DNA of 64,000 nucleotides from Centroscyllium fabricii (GCA_051313645.2 JBNRSN020000012.1:54746001-54810000), one strand, 5' to 3'. Counted from the stretch's first letter, positions 38,901 through 53,900 are shown. Notes: generated by a model not told the origin, from the letters alone. Program-made: numbers and translations.

Positions 38901-41900
38901 CGTTCCAGGAGATAAGGGAAGGAAATTGGAATGTTTGATACCTCTTGCAGGAATCAAAGATGTTGATGGTTCTGCTGCTGTGTTTAATAGTGATGGCTCA
39001 ATTGGTGATATGGCAGTAGAAATGTAAGAGTATTTACAGTCATGGAACTGTGAAGGCACAAATGGCATTTCCACTTAAAAAAAAATTGTTTACAATGATC
39101 AAGGTAAGACTGGTGTCTATTGCTTGATTGAAAAATGATTTATCAGCGGGATGGTTGAACATTGACAATTGAGATTGCATTGTGGATACCTGTTGTTTCA
39201 CTTGTTGAGGCTAAAGTGGTTGAAGAAGCGGTTACAGTTGTAGATGGTGCTGTTGATGTGCTTTGTTCTGATGTTGAAGATGATGATGATGTAGCTGTTG
39301 ATGTCAAAAGAAATGTCAGTGAAAGAAAGCAATGCTCCTGCTGATTGCAGCATAAATCATGTCAAATGAGAAAGGTAAGTTTAGTGAAACTAATTAAAAA
39401 CATGATCAACATGAAAATGATGTGTTCCTTTGATATTTACTCTGAGCGTTTCCATGATCTCAATTTTGAGCATTATGCACTAAATTGCGAGTGTGTTATT
39501 ACTGGAGTTTTTTGTTTTCCAAAGTTTACCATTACAGAGAATTGTTCCCTTCTATGATCTTGGATTTCTAGGTTGCAATAGATTATACCTGTTGATGCTG
39601 GTGATGTTGCTGTGGATGAGATCAGAGCTGTTGTTGCTTCTGTTGAAGTGCTTCCTTCTGAGGTTCCAGATGATGTTGAAGCTGATAATATGTACAGAAA
39701 TGTCAGAAAAACAGGGCAAAGCTCTTCCAGGTACCATCATAATTAGTGCAAGCTGACCAACAAAGCTAATGAGCTGAAGTCAAAAACATTTACAACAGTT
39801 GTGCTTGCAAGAAAAATTATTATGCAGTTGTGTAATTTGGAACTGAAGCGAATAAGATGCTTATATTTTCCCACTGAAGGAGCCTCCATGATATATAACA
39901 TCAAATATTAACATTAATTAAACTTTGAGTTTCTGGTCAGAGATATCTGTTTTTAGACTAGTTATATCCATGATTACAGAGAATAAAAATGTGGCTGCAT
40001 TAGTATGTTTATGGATTGTATGAGCATAAAATTTGGAGCCAAGAAGTGACTGTATATGTTGTGCCAAGAAGTACAGAGACATCTGAGGCTGCTGACTTTG
40101 AAACCGTTCTAGGAGATAAAGGAAGGAAATTGGAATGTTTGATACCTCTTGAAGGAATCAAAGATGTTGATGGTTCTGCTGCTGTGTTTAATAGTGATGG
40201 CTCAATTGGTGATATGGCAGTAGAAATGTAAGAGTATTTACAGTCATGGAACTGTGAAGGCATAAAAGTCTATACACATTTGAGCAAATTTGTTTATTCT
40301 GGTTCAAATCCCTCCATGACCTCGGCCCTCCCCATCTCTGTAATCACCTCAGGCCCATCAACCCTCCAAGATATCTGCACTCCTCCAATTCTGGCCTATT
40401 GACAATCTCTGATTTCAATCACTCCACCATTGGCTGTTGTGCCTTCAGCTGCCATGGCCGTGAGCTCTGGAACTCTCTTACTAAATCTCACTGCCTCGCT
40501 AACATCACTTTGCCCCTTTAAGACGCTCCTCAAAACCTACATCTTTGACTAACTATCTGGCCAAATATATTAATATCACCTTATGTGGCTCGGTGTCAAA
40601 TTTTGTTTGATAATGCTCCAGTGGAACGTCTTGTTATTCTTTACTATGTTAAAGGGGGTATATAAATACAATCTTTTGTTGTTTTTCTTGTCAAGGTAAG
40701 ACTATTGTCTGTTGCTTGATTGAAAAATGATTTATCAGTGTGATAGTTGAACGTTAAAAATTGGGATAGCATTGTGGATACCTGTTGTTTCAATTGCAGA
40801 GGCTAAAGTGGTTGAAGTGAATACACAACTGGTGCTTTAGCAGTAGAAATGTAACATTATTAACAGACATGGAACTGTGAAGGCACAAATGGCATTTACA
40901 CTTAAATAAAAATTGTTTACAATGGTCAAGGTAAGACTGGTGTCTATTGCTTGATTGAAAAATGATTTATCAGCGGGATGGTTGAACATTGACAAATGAG
41001 ATTGCATTGTGGATACCTGTTGTTTCACTTGTTGAGGCTAAAGTGGTTGTAGAAGCTGTAACAGTTGTAGATGGTTCTGTTGATGTGCTTTGTTCTGATA
41101 TTGACCAAAGACTAAAACAGACCAGTTAGAAGAAGTATGGTTGACCACCAAGAAGAGGGCCAGAGCGAGGAAGGAAGTGCAGGGAACCCCTGTGGCCGTC
41201 CCCCTGAGCAACAAGTATACCGCTTTGGATACTGTGGAGGGGGACGACCCACCAGGGGAGGGCGGCAGCAGCCTACCTCCAGGCACTGGGGGTGCTGGGG
41301 CTGCCCAGAAAGGGAGGGAAACTAGTGTGCCAGCTGTAGTAATAGGGGATTCAATTGTAAGGGGCACAGAGAGGCGGTTCTGCGGCCGCGGACGTGACAC
41401 CAGGATGGTTATTTGCCTCCCCGGTGCCAGGGTCCGGGATGTCACGGAGCAGCTGCAGGGCATCTTGAGGGGGGCAGGGGACCAGGTAGAAGTTGTGGTC
41501 CACATTGGCACCAACGACATAGGAAAACAGGGGGACGAGGTCCTGCAAAGTAAATTTAAGGAGCTAGGTAAGAAGCTAAAAAGCAGGACCCCAAAGGTTG
41601 TAATCTCTGGATTACTCCCAGTGCCACGAGCTAATGAGTACAGGAACCGTAAGATAGAGCAGCTTAATTCGTGGCTAAGAGATTGGTGTAGGAGGGAGGG
41701 TTTCAGCTTTTTGGATAATTGGTCTTACTTCTGTGGAAGGTGGAACCTATACACGCAGGACGGATTGCACCTGAACCAGAGGGGGACCAATATCCTTGCG
41801 GGAAGGTTTGCTAGCCGGGTTGGGGTGGGTTTAAACTAATTTGGCAGGGGGAGGGGACCCAGATGGAAGGTATAATGGATAGGGGAACACAACCTAATAA

Positions 41901-44900
41901 AGGAAAGCAGACTAGACAGCAAAACAAGGTAGTTTTAGGACAGAGAATGAAAGGCATATACTTTAACGCAAGGAGTCTAACTAACAAAGTGGATGAGTTA
42001 AAGGTATTGGTTGACTCATGGGAATATGATATAGTAGCTATCACGGAGACGTGGCTGAAAGAGGGGCAAGAATGGCAGCTAAACATTCCGGGGTATAGAA
42101 TTTTCAGGCGGGACAGGGACGAGGGTAAAAGGGGAGGGGGGGTAGCGATACTGATTAAGGATTCAATCACAGCCATTAGGCGGGTCGACCTAATGGACGA
42201 ATCCTCAAACGAGGCACTATGGGTGGAGGTAAAAAATAAAAAAGGGGGGGGCACCTTACTGGGAGTATATTATAGACCACCAAACAGTAAAGGGGAGGTA
42301 GAGGATAAGATATGTGAACAAATCACGAAGATTAGTGAAAATAATAAAGTAACAATACTAGGGGACTTTAATTTCCCCAATATCAACTGGGAGAATCAAA
42401 GTGTGAGGGGCACGGATGGTTCAGCATTCTTACAATGCAGCCAAGATAATTTTTTGAAACAATATGTGGGGTCACCTACAAGGGGGGGGGCGGTACTAGA
42501 CCTAATACTTGGGAACGAGGACGGGCAGATAGAGGAGGTAACAGTGGGGGAGCACTTCGGGGATAGCGACCACAATTCAGTTAGTTTCAAAATTGTAATG
42601 GAGAAAGATAAAAATGGACCAGGGGTAAAAATACTAAACTGGGGGAAGGCGGATTTCAATAAAATTAGGAACGATGTAACCGCAGTAGATTGGGGCCATC
42701 TCCTCAGAGGAAGATCTGCATCAGAGCAGTGGGAGGCCTTCAGAGGGGAAGTCGGGAAGATACAGGAGGAACATGTTCCTGCAAAAATTAAGGGTGGGGG
42801 AGACAAACAAAGGGAACCTTGGATGTCTAGAGATATATGTAAATTAATGAAGAAAAAAAGGGGGGCTTTTAATGAATATAAACGGCTAAAAACTGAGGAG
42901 GCACTAGGGGAGTATAAGAAATATAGGGGGGATTTAAAGAAGGAGATAAGAAAAGCCAAGAGAGGTCATGAGATTACAATGGCCGGTAAAATCAAGGATA
43001 ACCCTAAGGCATTTTATAGTTATATAAAAAACAAAAGGATCACGAGGGAAAGGGTGGGGCCCATTAAAGACGATAGCGGAAAGCTGTGCGTCGAGCCTGA
43101 GGAGGTGGGGGAGGTACTAAATGAATTCTTCTCTTCAGTATTCACAAGAGAGAGGGACGATACCGACATCGAAATCGGACAGAATGTAGGGGGGGTAATT
43201 GAGGATATTACCATTACAAGGGAAGAAGTTCTAGAAATCTTGGGAGGCTTAAAGGTGGACAAATCACCAGGGCCGGACGCAATGTTCCCCAGGCTGCTGT
43301 TCGAGGCCAGGGAGGAGCTTGCGGGCCCCCTGTCCCAAATCTTCAGGACCTCTCTCGCGTCAGGGGATGTGCCTGAGGACTGGAGAACGGCTAATGTAGT
43401 ACCCTTGTTTAAAAAGGGTAGTAGGGACAAACCGGGCAACTACAGGCCAATCAGTCTTACATCTGTAGTGGGGAAAGTAATGGAAAAAATTCTGAGGGAT
43501 AAAATCAGTTCGCATTTGGACAACCAAGGTCTAATAAGAGACAGTCAGCATGGCTTCGTCAAAGGTAAGTCGTGCCTGACCAATCTGTTGGAATTCTTTG
43601 AGGAAGTAACAAAGAGGGTGGATGAAGGGAGTACTGTGGACGTAGTGTATATGGACTTTAGCAAAGCTTTTGATAAAGTCCCACATAGGAGACTAATAAC
43701 AAAGGTTAGAGCGCACGGGATACAGGGTAACTTGGCACAGTGGATCGAAAATTGGCTGGGGGATAGGAGACAAAGGGTAATGGTAGAGGGCTGCTTCTGT
43801 GACTGGAAACCAGTAACCAGTGGCATCCCCCAAGGATCGGTTTTGGGACCCTTACTGTTTCTAGTATACATCAACGATTTGGATATGGGAGTAGGGGGTA
43901 CGATCAGCAAATTCGCTGATGATACGAAAATCGGAAGGGTGGTAAACAACGATGAGGATAGTAAGGGGCTTCAGGAGGATATAGATATAATGGTTAATTG
44001 GGCAGAAAAATGGCAAATGGAGTTCAACCCAGAGAAATGCGAGGTCATTCAATTCGGTAGACCAAATGGGGTAAGGGAATATACCATGAACAACAAAACG
44101 TTAAATAGGACCGAGGAGCAGAGGGACCTGGGGGTACAGGTGCACAGCTCCCTGAAGGTTGCTGGACACGTTAACAAGGTGGTTAAGAAGGCATACGGAA
44201 TTCTCGCCTTTATTAACCAGGGCATAGTATACAAAAGTAGGGAGGTAATGTTAAACCTGTATAACACACTGGTGAGACCTCAGCTGGAGTACTGTGTGCA
44301 GTTCTGGTCACCGCACTACAGGAAGGATGTGGCTGCCCTGGAGAGGGTGCAGAGAAGGTTTACCAGGATGATACCTGGTCTGGCGGACCTATGCTACGAG
44401 GAAAGGCTGGACAGGCTGGGGTTGTTTGCCTTGGAGAAAAGAAGGTGGAGGGGTGACATGATTGAGGTGTACAAGATCATGAGGGGACACGATAGGGTAG
44501 ACAAAGGGGCATTGTTTCCCCTGGTGGGAGAGTCAAGCACTAGGGGACATAGATTCAAGATCAGGGGGGGGAGGTTTAGGGGGGAGGTAAGGAGAAATTT
44601 CTTTACCCAGAGGGTGGTGGAAGACTGGAACTCCCTGCCTGTGAGGGTGGTGGAGGCAGGAACCATCACAACATTTAAAAAATACTTGGACCAGCACATG
44701 AAGGACCATAACATACAGGGTTATGGGCCAGGTGCGGGCAACTGGGGTTAGAACAGTGAGGAGTTTTTCTGGGCCGGTGCGGACTGGATGGGCCGAATGG
44801 CCCTTATCCGCACTGTAAAATTTCTATGATTCTATGATTCTATGATGATGATGTAGCTGTTGATGTTAAAAGAAATATCAGTGAAAGAAAGCAATGCTCC

Positions 44901-47900
44901 TGCTGATTGCAGCATAAATCACGTAATTTGAGAAAGGTAAGTTTAGTGAAATAAATTAAATACATGATCAACATGAAAATGATTTGTTCCTTTGATATTT
45001 ATTCTGAGAGTTTCCATGATCTCAATTTTGAGCACTATGCATTAAATTGTGAGTGGGTTATTACTGGAGTTTTTTGTTTTCCAAAGTTTACCACTACAGA
45101 GATTATCAATTTCGCTGGTATGTTGTCATTATAAATTTTTCAAGGCACCAGCTCTGGACAGCCGCAGTGGCATTTAGATTAATGACAGAAAGTATTATCA
45201 ACATCAGTAATTGTTCCATTCTATGATCTTGGATTTCTAGGTTGCAATAGATTATACCTGTTGATGCTGGTGATGTTGATGTGGATGAGATCAGAGCTGT
45301 CGTTGCTTCTGTTGAAGTGCTTCCTTCTGAGGTTCCAGATGATGTTGAAGCTGCTAATATGTACAGAAATGTCAGAAAAACTGGGCAAAGCTCTTCCAGG
45401 TACCATCAAAATTAGTGCAAACTGACCAACAAAGCGAATGAGCTGAAGTCAAAAATGTTTACAACAGTTGTGCTTGCAAGGAAAATTATTATGCAGTTGT
45501 GTAATTTGGAACTGAAGCGAATGAGATGCTTATATTTTCCCACTGAAGGAGCCTCCATGATATATAACATGAAATATGAACATTAATTAAACTTTGAGTT
45601 TCTTGTCAGAGATATCAGTTTTTAGACTAGTTACATCCATAATTACAGAGAATAAGACATGCAGGTTAGGTGAATTGGAGATACTAAAAATTGCCCGTGT
45701 GTGTGTGTGTGTGTGAGATATAGTTCTTAGAGTTTGGGGGTGTCGGGGGATATGGGGAGAGGGTAGGAGGGGGGTGCTGGGTTTGGATGATCAGCTATGA
45801 TCTCATCAAAAATGGTGAAGCAGGCTAGAAGGGCCGACTGGTCTACTCCTGCTCCTATCTTCTGTGTTTCTGTGTTGCTACATAAGAATGTTGCTGCATT
45901 AGTATGTTTATGGATTGTACTAGGCATAATATTTGGAGCCAAGAAGTGACTGTGTTTGTTGTGACAAGAAGTACAGAGACATCTGAGGCTGCTGACTATG
46001 AAAGTGTTCTAGGAGATAAGGGAAGGAAATTGGAACGTTTGATACCTCTCGAAGGAATCAAAGATGTTGATGGTTCTGCTGCTGTGTTTAATAGTGATGG
46101 CTCAATTGGTGATATGGCAGTAGAAATGTAAGGATATTTACAGCCATGGAACTGTGATGACACAAAAGTCTTTTACTCTTTTGAGCAAATTTGTTTATAT
46201 TGGTTCAAATCCCTCCATGGCCTCGGCCCTCCCCATCTCTTTAATCTCCTCGAGTCCATCAACCCTCCAAGATATCTGCACTCCTCGAATTCTGGTCTAT
46301 TGACAATCCCTGATTTTAATCGCTCTAGCTGTTGTGCCTTCAGCTGCCATGGCCCTAAGCTCTGGAACACTCTTCCTAAATCTCACTGCCTCTCTAACAT
46401 CACTTTCCCCTTTTAAGCCGTCCCTTAAAATCTACGTCTTTGACTAACTATCTGGCCAAATATATTAATATCACCTTATGTGGCTCGGTGTCAAATTTTG
46501 TTTGATAATGCTCTCGTGGAACGCCTTGTTATTCTTTGCTATGTTAATGGGGGTATATAAATACAATCTTTTGTTGTTTTTCTTGTCATGGTAAAACTAT
46601 TGTCTGTTGCATGATTGAAAAATGATTTATCAGTGGGATAGTTGAAAGTTGAAAATTTGGATAGCATTGTGGATACCTGTTGTTTCAATTGTGGAGGCTA
46701 AGGTGGTTGAAGTGAATACTCAACTGGTGCTTTAGCAGTAGAAATGTAACATTATTAACAGACATGGAACTGTGAAGGTACAAATGGCATTTACACTTTT
46801 GAAAAAGTTGTTTACAATGGTCAAGGTAAGACTAGTGTCTATTGCTTGATTGAAAAATGATTTATCAGCGGGATGGTTGGACATTGACAATTGAGATTGC
46901 ATTGTGGATACCTGTTGTTTCACTTGTTGAGGCTAAAGAGGTTGAAGAAGCGGTTACAGTTGTAGATGGTTCTGTTGATGTGCTTTGTTCTGATGTTGAA
47001 GTTGATGATGATGTAGCTGTTGATGTCAAAAGAAATGTCAGTGAAAGAAAGCAATGCTCCTGCTGATTGCAGCATAAATCACGTCAAATGAGAAAGGTAA
47101 GTTTAGTGAAACTAATTAAAAACATGATCAACATGAAAATGATGTGTTCCTTTGATATTTACTCTGAGCGTTTCCATGATCTCAATTTTGAGCATTATGC
47201 ACTAAATTGCGAGTGTGTTATTACTGGAGTTTTTTGTTTTCCAAAGTTTACCATTACAGAGAATTGTTCCCTTCTATGATCTTGTATTTCTAGGTTGCAA
47301 TAGATTATACCTGTTGATGCTGGTGATGTTGCTGTGGATGAGATCAGAGCTGTTGTTGCTTCTGTTGAAGTGCTTCCTTCTGAGGTTCCAGATGATGTCG
47401 AAGCTGTTAATATGTACAGAAATGTTGTGAAAAACTGGGCAAAGGTCTTCCAAGTACCATCATAATTAGTGCTAATGAGCTGAAGTCAAAAACGTTTACA
47501 ACAGTTGTACTTGCAAGAAAAATTATTATGCATTTGTGTAATTTGGAACTGAAGCGAATGAGATGCTTATATTTTCCCACTGAAGGAGCCTCCATGATAT
47601 ATAACATCAAATATTAACATGAATTAAACTTTGAGTTTCTTGTCAGAGATATCTATTTTTAGACTAATTATATCCATGATTACAGAAATAAGAATGTGGC
47701 TGCATTAGTATGTTTATGGATTGTATGATCATAATATTTGGAGCCAAGTAGTGACTGTTTGTTGTGCCAAGAAGTACAGAGACATCTGAGGCTGCTGACT
47801 TTGAAACCGTTCCAGGAGATAAGGGAAGGAAATTGGAATGTTTGATACCTCTTGCAGGAATCAAAGATGTTGATGGTTCTGCTGCTGTGTTTAATAGTGA

Positions 47901-50900
47901 TGGCTCAATTGGTGATATGGCAGTAGAAATGTAAGAGTATTTACAGTCATGGAACTGTGAAGGCACAAATGGCATTTCCACTTAAAAAAAAATTGTTTAC
48001 AATGATCAAGGTAAGACTGGTGTCTATTGCTTGATTGAAAAATGATTTATCAGCGGGATGGTTGAACATTGACAATTGAGATTGCATTGTGGATACCTGT
48101 TGTTTCACTTGTTGAGGCTAAAGTGGTTGAAGAAGCGGTTACAGTTGTAGATGGTGCTGTTGATGTGCTTTGTTCTGATGTTGAAGATGATGATGATGTA
48201 GCTGTTGATGTCAAAAGAAATGTCAGTGAAAGAAAGCAATGCTCCTGCTGATTGCAGCATAAATCATGTCAAATGAGAAAGGTAAGTTTAGTGAAACTAA
48301 TTAAAAACATGATCAACATGAAAATGATGTGTTCCTTTGATATTTACTCTGAGCGTTTCCATGATCTCAATTTTGAGCATTATGCACTAAATTGCGAGTG
48401 TGTTATTACTGGAGTTTTTTGTTTTCCAAAGTTTACCATTACAGAGAATTGTTCCCTTCTATGATCTTGGATTTCTAGGTTGCAATAGATTATACCTGTT
48501 GATGCTGGTGATGTTGCTGTGGATGAGATCAGAGCTGTTGTTGCTTCTGTTGAAGTGCTTCCTTCTGAGGTTCCAGATGATGTTGAAGCTGATAATATGT
48601 ACAGAAATGTCAGAAAAACAGGGCAAAGCTCTTCCAGGTACCATCATAATTAGTGCAAGCTGACCAACAAAGCTAATGAGCTGAAGTCAAAAACATTTAC
48701 AACAGTTGTGCTTGCAAGAAAAATTATTATGCAGTTGTGTAATTTGGAACTGAAGCGAATAAGATGCTTATATTTTCCCACTGAAGGAGCCTCCATGATA
48801 TATAACATCAAATATTAACATTAATTAAACTTTGAGTTTCTGGTCAGAGATATCTGTTTTTAGACTAGTTATATCCATGATTACAGAGAATAAGAATGTG
48901 GCTGCATTAGTATGTTTATGGATTGTATGAGCATAAAATTTGGAGCCAAGAAGTGACTGTATATGTTGTGCCAAGAAGTACAGAGACATCTGAGGCTGCT
49001 GACTTTGAAACCGTTCTAGGAGATAAAGGAAGGAAATTGGAATGTTTGATACCTCTTGAAGGAATCAAAGATGTTGATGGTTCTGCTGCTGTGTTTAATA
49101 GTGATGGCTCAATTGGTGATATGGCAGTAGGAATGTAAGAGTATTTACAGTCATGGAACTGTGAAGGCATAAAAGTCTATACACATTTGAGCAAATTTGT
49201 TTATTCTGGTTCAAATCCCTCCATGACCTCGGCCCTCCCCATCTCTGTAATCACCTCAGGCCCATCAACCCTCCAAGATATCTGCACTCCTCCAATTCTG
49301 GCCTATTGACAATCTCTGATTTCAATCACTCCACCATTGGCTGTTGTGCCTTCAGCTGCCATGGCCGTGAGCTCTGGAACTCTCTTACTAAATCTCACTG
49401 CCTCGCTAACATCACTTTGCCCCTTTAAGACGCTCCTCAAAACCTACATCTTTGACTAACTATCTGGCCAAATATATTAATATCACCTTATGTGGCTCGG
49501 TGTCAAATTTTGTTTGATAATGCTCCAGTGGAACGTCTTGTTATTCTTTACTATGTTAAAGGGGGTATATAAATACAATCTTTTGTTGTTTTTCTTGTCA
49601 AGGTAAGACTATTGTCTGTTGCTTGATTGAAAAATGATTTATCAGTGTGATAGTTGAACGTTAAAAATTGGGATAGCATTGTGGATACCTGTTGTTTCAA
49701 TTGCAGAGGCTAAAGTGGTTGAAGTGAATACACAACTGGTGCTTTAGCAGTAGAAATGTAACATTATTAACAGACATGGAACTGTGAAGGCACAAATGGC
49801 ATTTACACTTAAATAAAAATTGTTTACAATGGTCAAGGTAAGACTGGTGTCTATTGCTTGATTGAAAAATGATTTATCAGCGGGATGGTTGAACATTGAC
49901 AAATGAGATTGCATTGTGGATACCTGTTGTTTCACTTGTTGAGGCTAAAGTGGTTGTAGAAGCTGTAACAGTTGTAGATGGTTCTGTTGATGTGCTTTGT
50001 TCTGATATTGGAGATGATGATGATGTAGCTGTTGATGTTAAAAGAAATATCAGTGAAAGAAAGCAATGCTCCTGCTGATTGCAGCATAAATCACGTAATT
50101 TGAGAAAGGTAAGTTTAGTGAAATAAATTAAATACATGATCAACATGAAAATGATTTGTTCCTTTGATATTTATTCTGAGAGTTTCCATGATCTCAATTT
50201 TGAGCACTATGCATTAAATTGTGAGTGGGTTATTACTGGAGTTTTTTGTTTTCCAAAGTTTACCACTACAGAGATTATCAATTTCGCTGGTATGTTGTCA
50301 TTATAAATTTTTCAAGGCACCAGCTCTGGACAGCCGCAGTGGCATTTAGATTAATGACAGAAAGTATTATCAACATCAGTAATTGTTCCATTCTATGATC
50401 TTGGATTTCTAGGTTGCAATAGATTATACCTGTTGATGCTGGTGATGTTGATGTGGATGAGATCAGAGCTGTCGTTGCTTCTGTTGAAGTGCTTCCTTCT
50501 GAGGTTCCAGATGATGTTGAAGCTGCTAATATGTACAGAAATGTCAGAAAAACTGGGCAAAGCTCTTCCAGGTACCATCAAAATTAGTGCAAACTGACCA
50601 ACAAAGCGAATGAGCTGAAGTCAAAAATGTTTACAACAGTTGTGCTTGCAAGGAAAATTATTATGCAGTTGTGTAATTTGGAACTGAAGCGAATGAGATG
50701 CTTATATTTTCCCACTGAAGGAGCCTCCATGATATATAACATGAAATATGAACATTAATTAAACTTTGAGTTTCTTGTCAGAGATATCAGTTTTTAGACT
50801 AGTTACATCCATGATTACAGAGAATAAGACATGCAGGTTAGGTGAATTGGAGATACTAAAAATTGCCCATGGGTGTGTGTGTGTGTGAGATATAGTTCTT

Positions 50901-53900
50901 AGAGTTTGGGGGTGTCGGGGGATATGGGGAGAGGGTAGGAGGGGGGTGCTGGGTTTGGATGATCAGCTATGATCTCATCAAAAATGGTGAAGCAGGCTAG
51001 AAGGGCCGACTGGTCTACTCCTGCTCCTATCTTCTGTGTTTCTGTGTTGCTACATAAGAATGTTGCTGCATTAGTATGTTTATGGATTGTACTAGGCATA
51101 ATATTTGGAGCCAAGAAGTGACTGTGTTTGTTGTGACAAGAAGTACAGAGACATCTGAGGCTGCTGACTATGAAAGTGTTCTAGGAGATAAGGGAAGGAA
51201 ATTGGAACGTTTGATACCTCTCGAAGGAATCAAAGATGTTGATGGTTCTGCTGCTGTGTTTAATAGTGATGGCTCAATTGGTGATATGGCAGTAGAAATG
51301 TAAGGATATTTACAGCCATGGAACTGTGATGACACAAAAGTCTTTTACTCTTTTGAGCAAATTTGTTTATATTGGTTCAAATCCCTCCATGGCCTCGGCC
51401 CTCCCCATCTCTTTAATCTCCTCGAGTCCATCAACCCTCCAAGATATCTGCACTCCTCGAATTCTGGTCTATTGACAATCCCTGATTTTAATCGCTCTAG
51501 CTGTTGTGCCTTCAGCTGCCATGGCCCTAAGCTCTGGAACACTCTTCCTAAATCTCACTGCCTCTCTAACATCACTTTCCCCTTTTAAGCCGTCCCTTAA
51601 AATCTACGTCTTTGACTAACTATCTGGCCAAATATATTAATATCACCTTATGTGGCTCGGTGTCAAATTTTGTTTGATAATGCTCTCGTGGAACGCCTTG
51701 TTATTCTTTGCTATGTTAATGGGGGTATATAAATACAATCTTTTGTTGTTTTTCTTGTCATGGTAAAACTATTGTCTGTTGCATGATTGAAAAATGATTT
51801 ATCAGTGGGATAGTTGAAAGTTGAAAATTTGGATAGCATTGTGGATACCTGTTGTTTCAATTGTGGAGGCTAAGGTGGTTGAAGTGAATACTCAACTGGT
51901 GCTTTAGCAGTAGAAATGTAACATTATTAACAGACATGGAACTGTGAAGGTACAAATGGCATTTACACTTTTGAAAAAGTTGTTTACAATGGTCAAGGTA
52001 AGACTAGTGTCTATTGCTTGATTGAAAAATGATTTATCAGCGGGATGGTTGAACATTGACAATTGAGATTGCATTGTGGATACCTGTTGTTTCACTTGTT
52101 GAGGCTAAAGTGGTTGAAGAAGCGGTTACAGTTGTAGATGGTGCTGTTGATGTGCTTTGTTCTGATGTTGAAGATGATGATGATGTAGCTGTTGATGTCA
52201 AAAGAAATGTCAGTGAAAGAAAGCAATGCTCCTGCTGATTGCAGCATAAATCATGTCAAATGAGAAAGGTAAGTTTAGTGAAACTAATTAAAAACATGAT
52301 CAACATGAAAATGATGTGTTCCTTTGATATTTACTCTGAGCGTTTCCATGATCTCAATTTTGAGCATTATGCACTAAATTGCGAGTGTGTTATTACTGGA
52401 GTGTTTTGTTTTCCAAAGTTTACCATTACAGAGAATTGTTCCCTTCTATGATCTTGGATTTCTAGGTTGCAATAGATTATACCTGTTGATGCTGGTGATG
52501 TTGCTGTGGATGAGATCAGAGCTGTTGTTGCTTCTGTTGAAGTGCTTCCTTCTGAGGTTCCAGATGATGTTGAAGCTGATAATATGTACAGAAATGTCAG
52601 AAAAACAGGGCAAAGCTCTTCCAGGTACCATCATAATTAGTGCAAGCTGACCAACAAAGCTAATGAGCTGAAGTCAAAAACATTTACAACAGTTGTGCTT
52701 GCAAGAAAAATTATTATGCAGTTGTGTAATTTGGAACTGAAGCGAATAAGATGCTTATATTTTCCCACTGAAGGAGCCTCCATGATATATAACATCAAAT
52801 ATTAACATTAATTAAACTTTGAGTTTCTGGTCAGAGATATCTGTTTTTAGACTAGTTATATCCATGATTACAGAGAATAAGAATGTGGCTGCATTAGTAT
52901 GTTTATGGATTGTATGAGCATAAAATTTGGAGCCAAGAAGTGACTGTATATGTTGTGCCAAGAAGTACAGAGACATCTGAGGCTGCTGACTTTGAAACCG
53001 TTCTAGGAGATAAAGGAAGGAAATTGGAATGTTTGATACCTCTTGAAGGAATCAAAGATGTTGATGGTTCTGCTGCTGTGTTTAATAGTGATGGCTCAAT
53101 TGGTGATATGGCAGTAGAAATGTAAGAGTATTTACAGTCATGGAACTGTGAAGGCATAAAAGTCTATACACATTTGAGCAAATTTGTTTATTCTGGTTCA
53201 AATCCCTCCATGACCTCGGCCCTCCCCATCTCTGTAATCACCTCAGGCCCATCAACCCTCCAAGATATCTGCACTCCTCCAATTCTGGCCTATTGACAAT
53301 CTCTGATTTCAATCACTCCACCATTGGCTGTTGTGCCTTCAGCTGCCATGGCCGTGAGCTCTGGAACTCTCTTACTAAATCTCACTGCCTCGCTAACATC
53401 ACTTTGCCCCTTTAAGACGCTCCTCAAAACCTACATCTTTGACTAACTATCTGGCCAAATATATTAATATCACCTTATGTGGCTCGGTGTCAAATTTTGT
53501 TTGATAATGCTCCAGTGGAACGTCTTGTTATTCTTTACTATGTTAAAGGGGGTATATAAATACAATCTTTTGTTGTTTTTCTTGTCAAGGTAAGACTATT
53601 GTCTGTTGTTTGATTGAAAAATGATTTATCAGTGTGATAGTTGAACGTTAAAAATTGGGATAGCATTGTGGATACCTGTTGTTTCAATTGCAGAGGCTAA
53701 AGTGGTTGAAGTGAATACACAACTGGTGCTTTAGCAGTAGAAATGTAACATTATTAACAGACATGGAACTGTGAAGGCACAAATGGCATTTACACTTAAA
53801 TAAAAATTGTTTACAATGGTCAAGGTAAGACTGGTGTCTATTGCTTGATTGAAAAATGATTTATCAGCGGGATGGTTGAACATTGACAAATGAGATTGCA

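Larger units (their letters stand above)
41104..44841 (+). mobile_element. Young 5'-truncated CR1-clade (HER1-like) LINE
   Basis: Partial ORF1 plus intact ORF2; 3' hairpin gtgcgga..gggccgaatggccc..tccgcac; (TTCTATGA)x3 tail; present in one repeat unit only. Confidence 0.97.
41017..44856 (-). pseudogene. Exon A copy split by a CR1 insertion (pieces 41017-41103 and 44842-44856)
   Basis: Exon sequence stops at gatattg (41103) and resumes at atgatgatgatgtag (44842); 3 host bp (gag) are missing. Confidence 0.85.
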
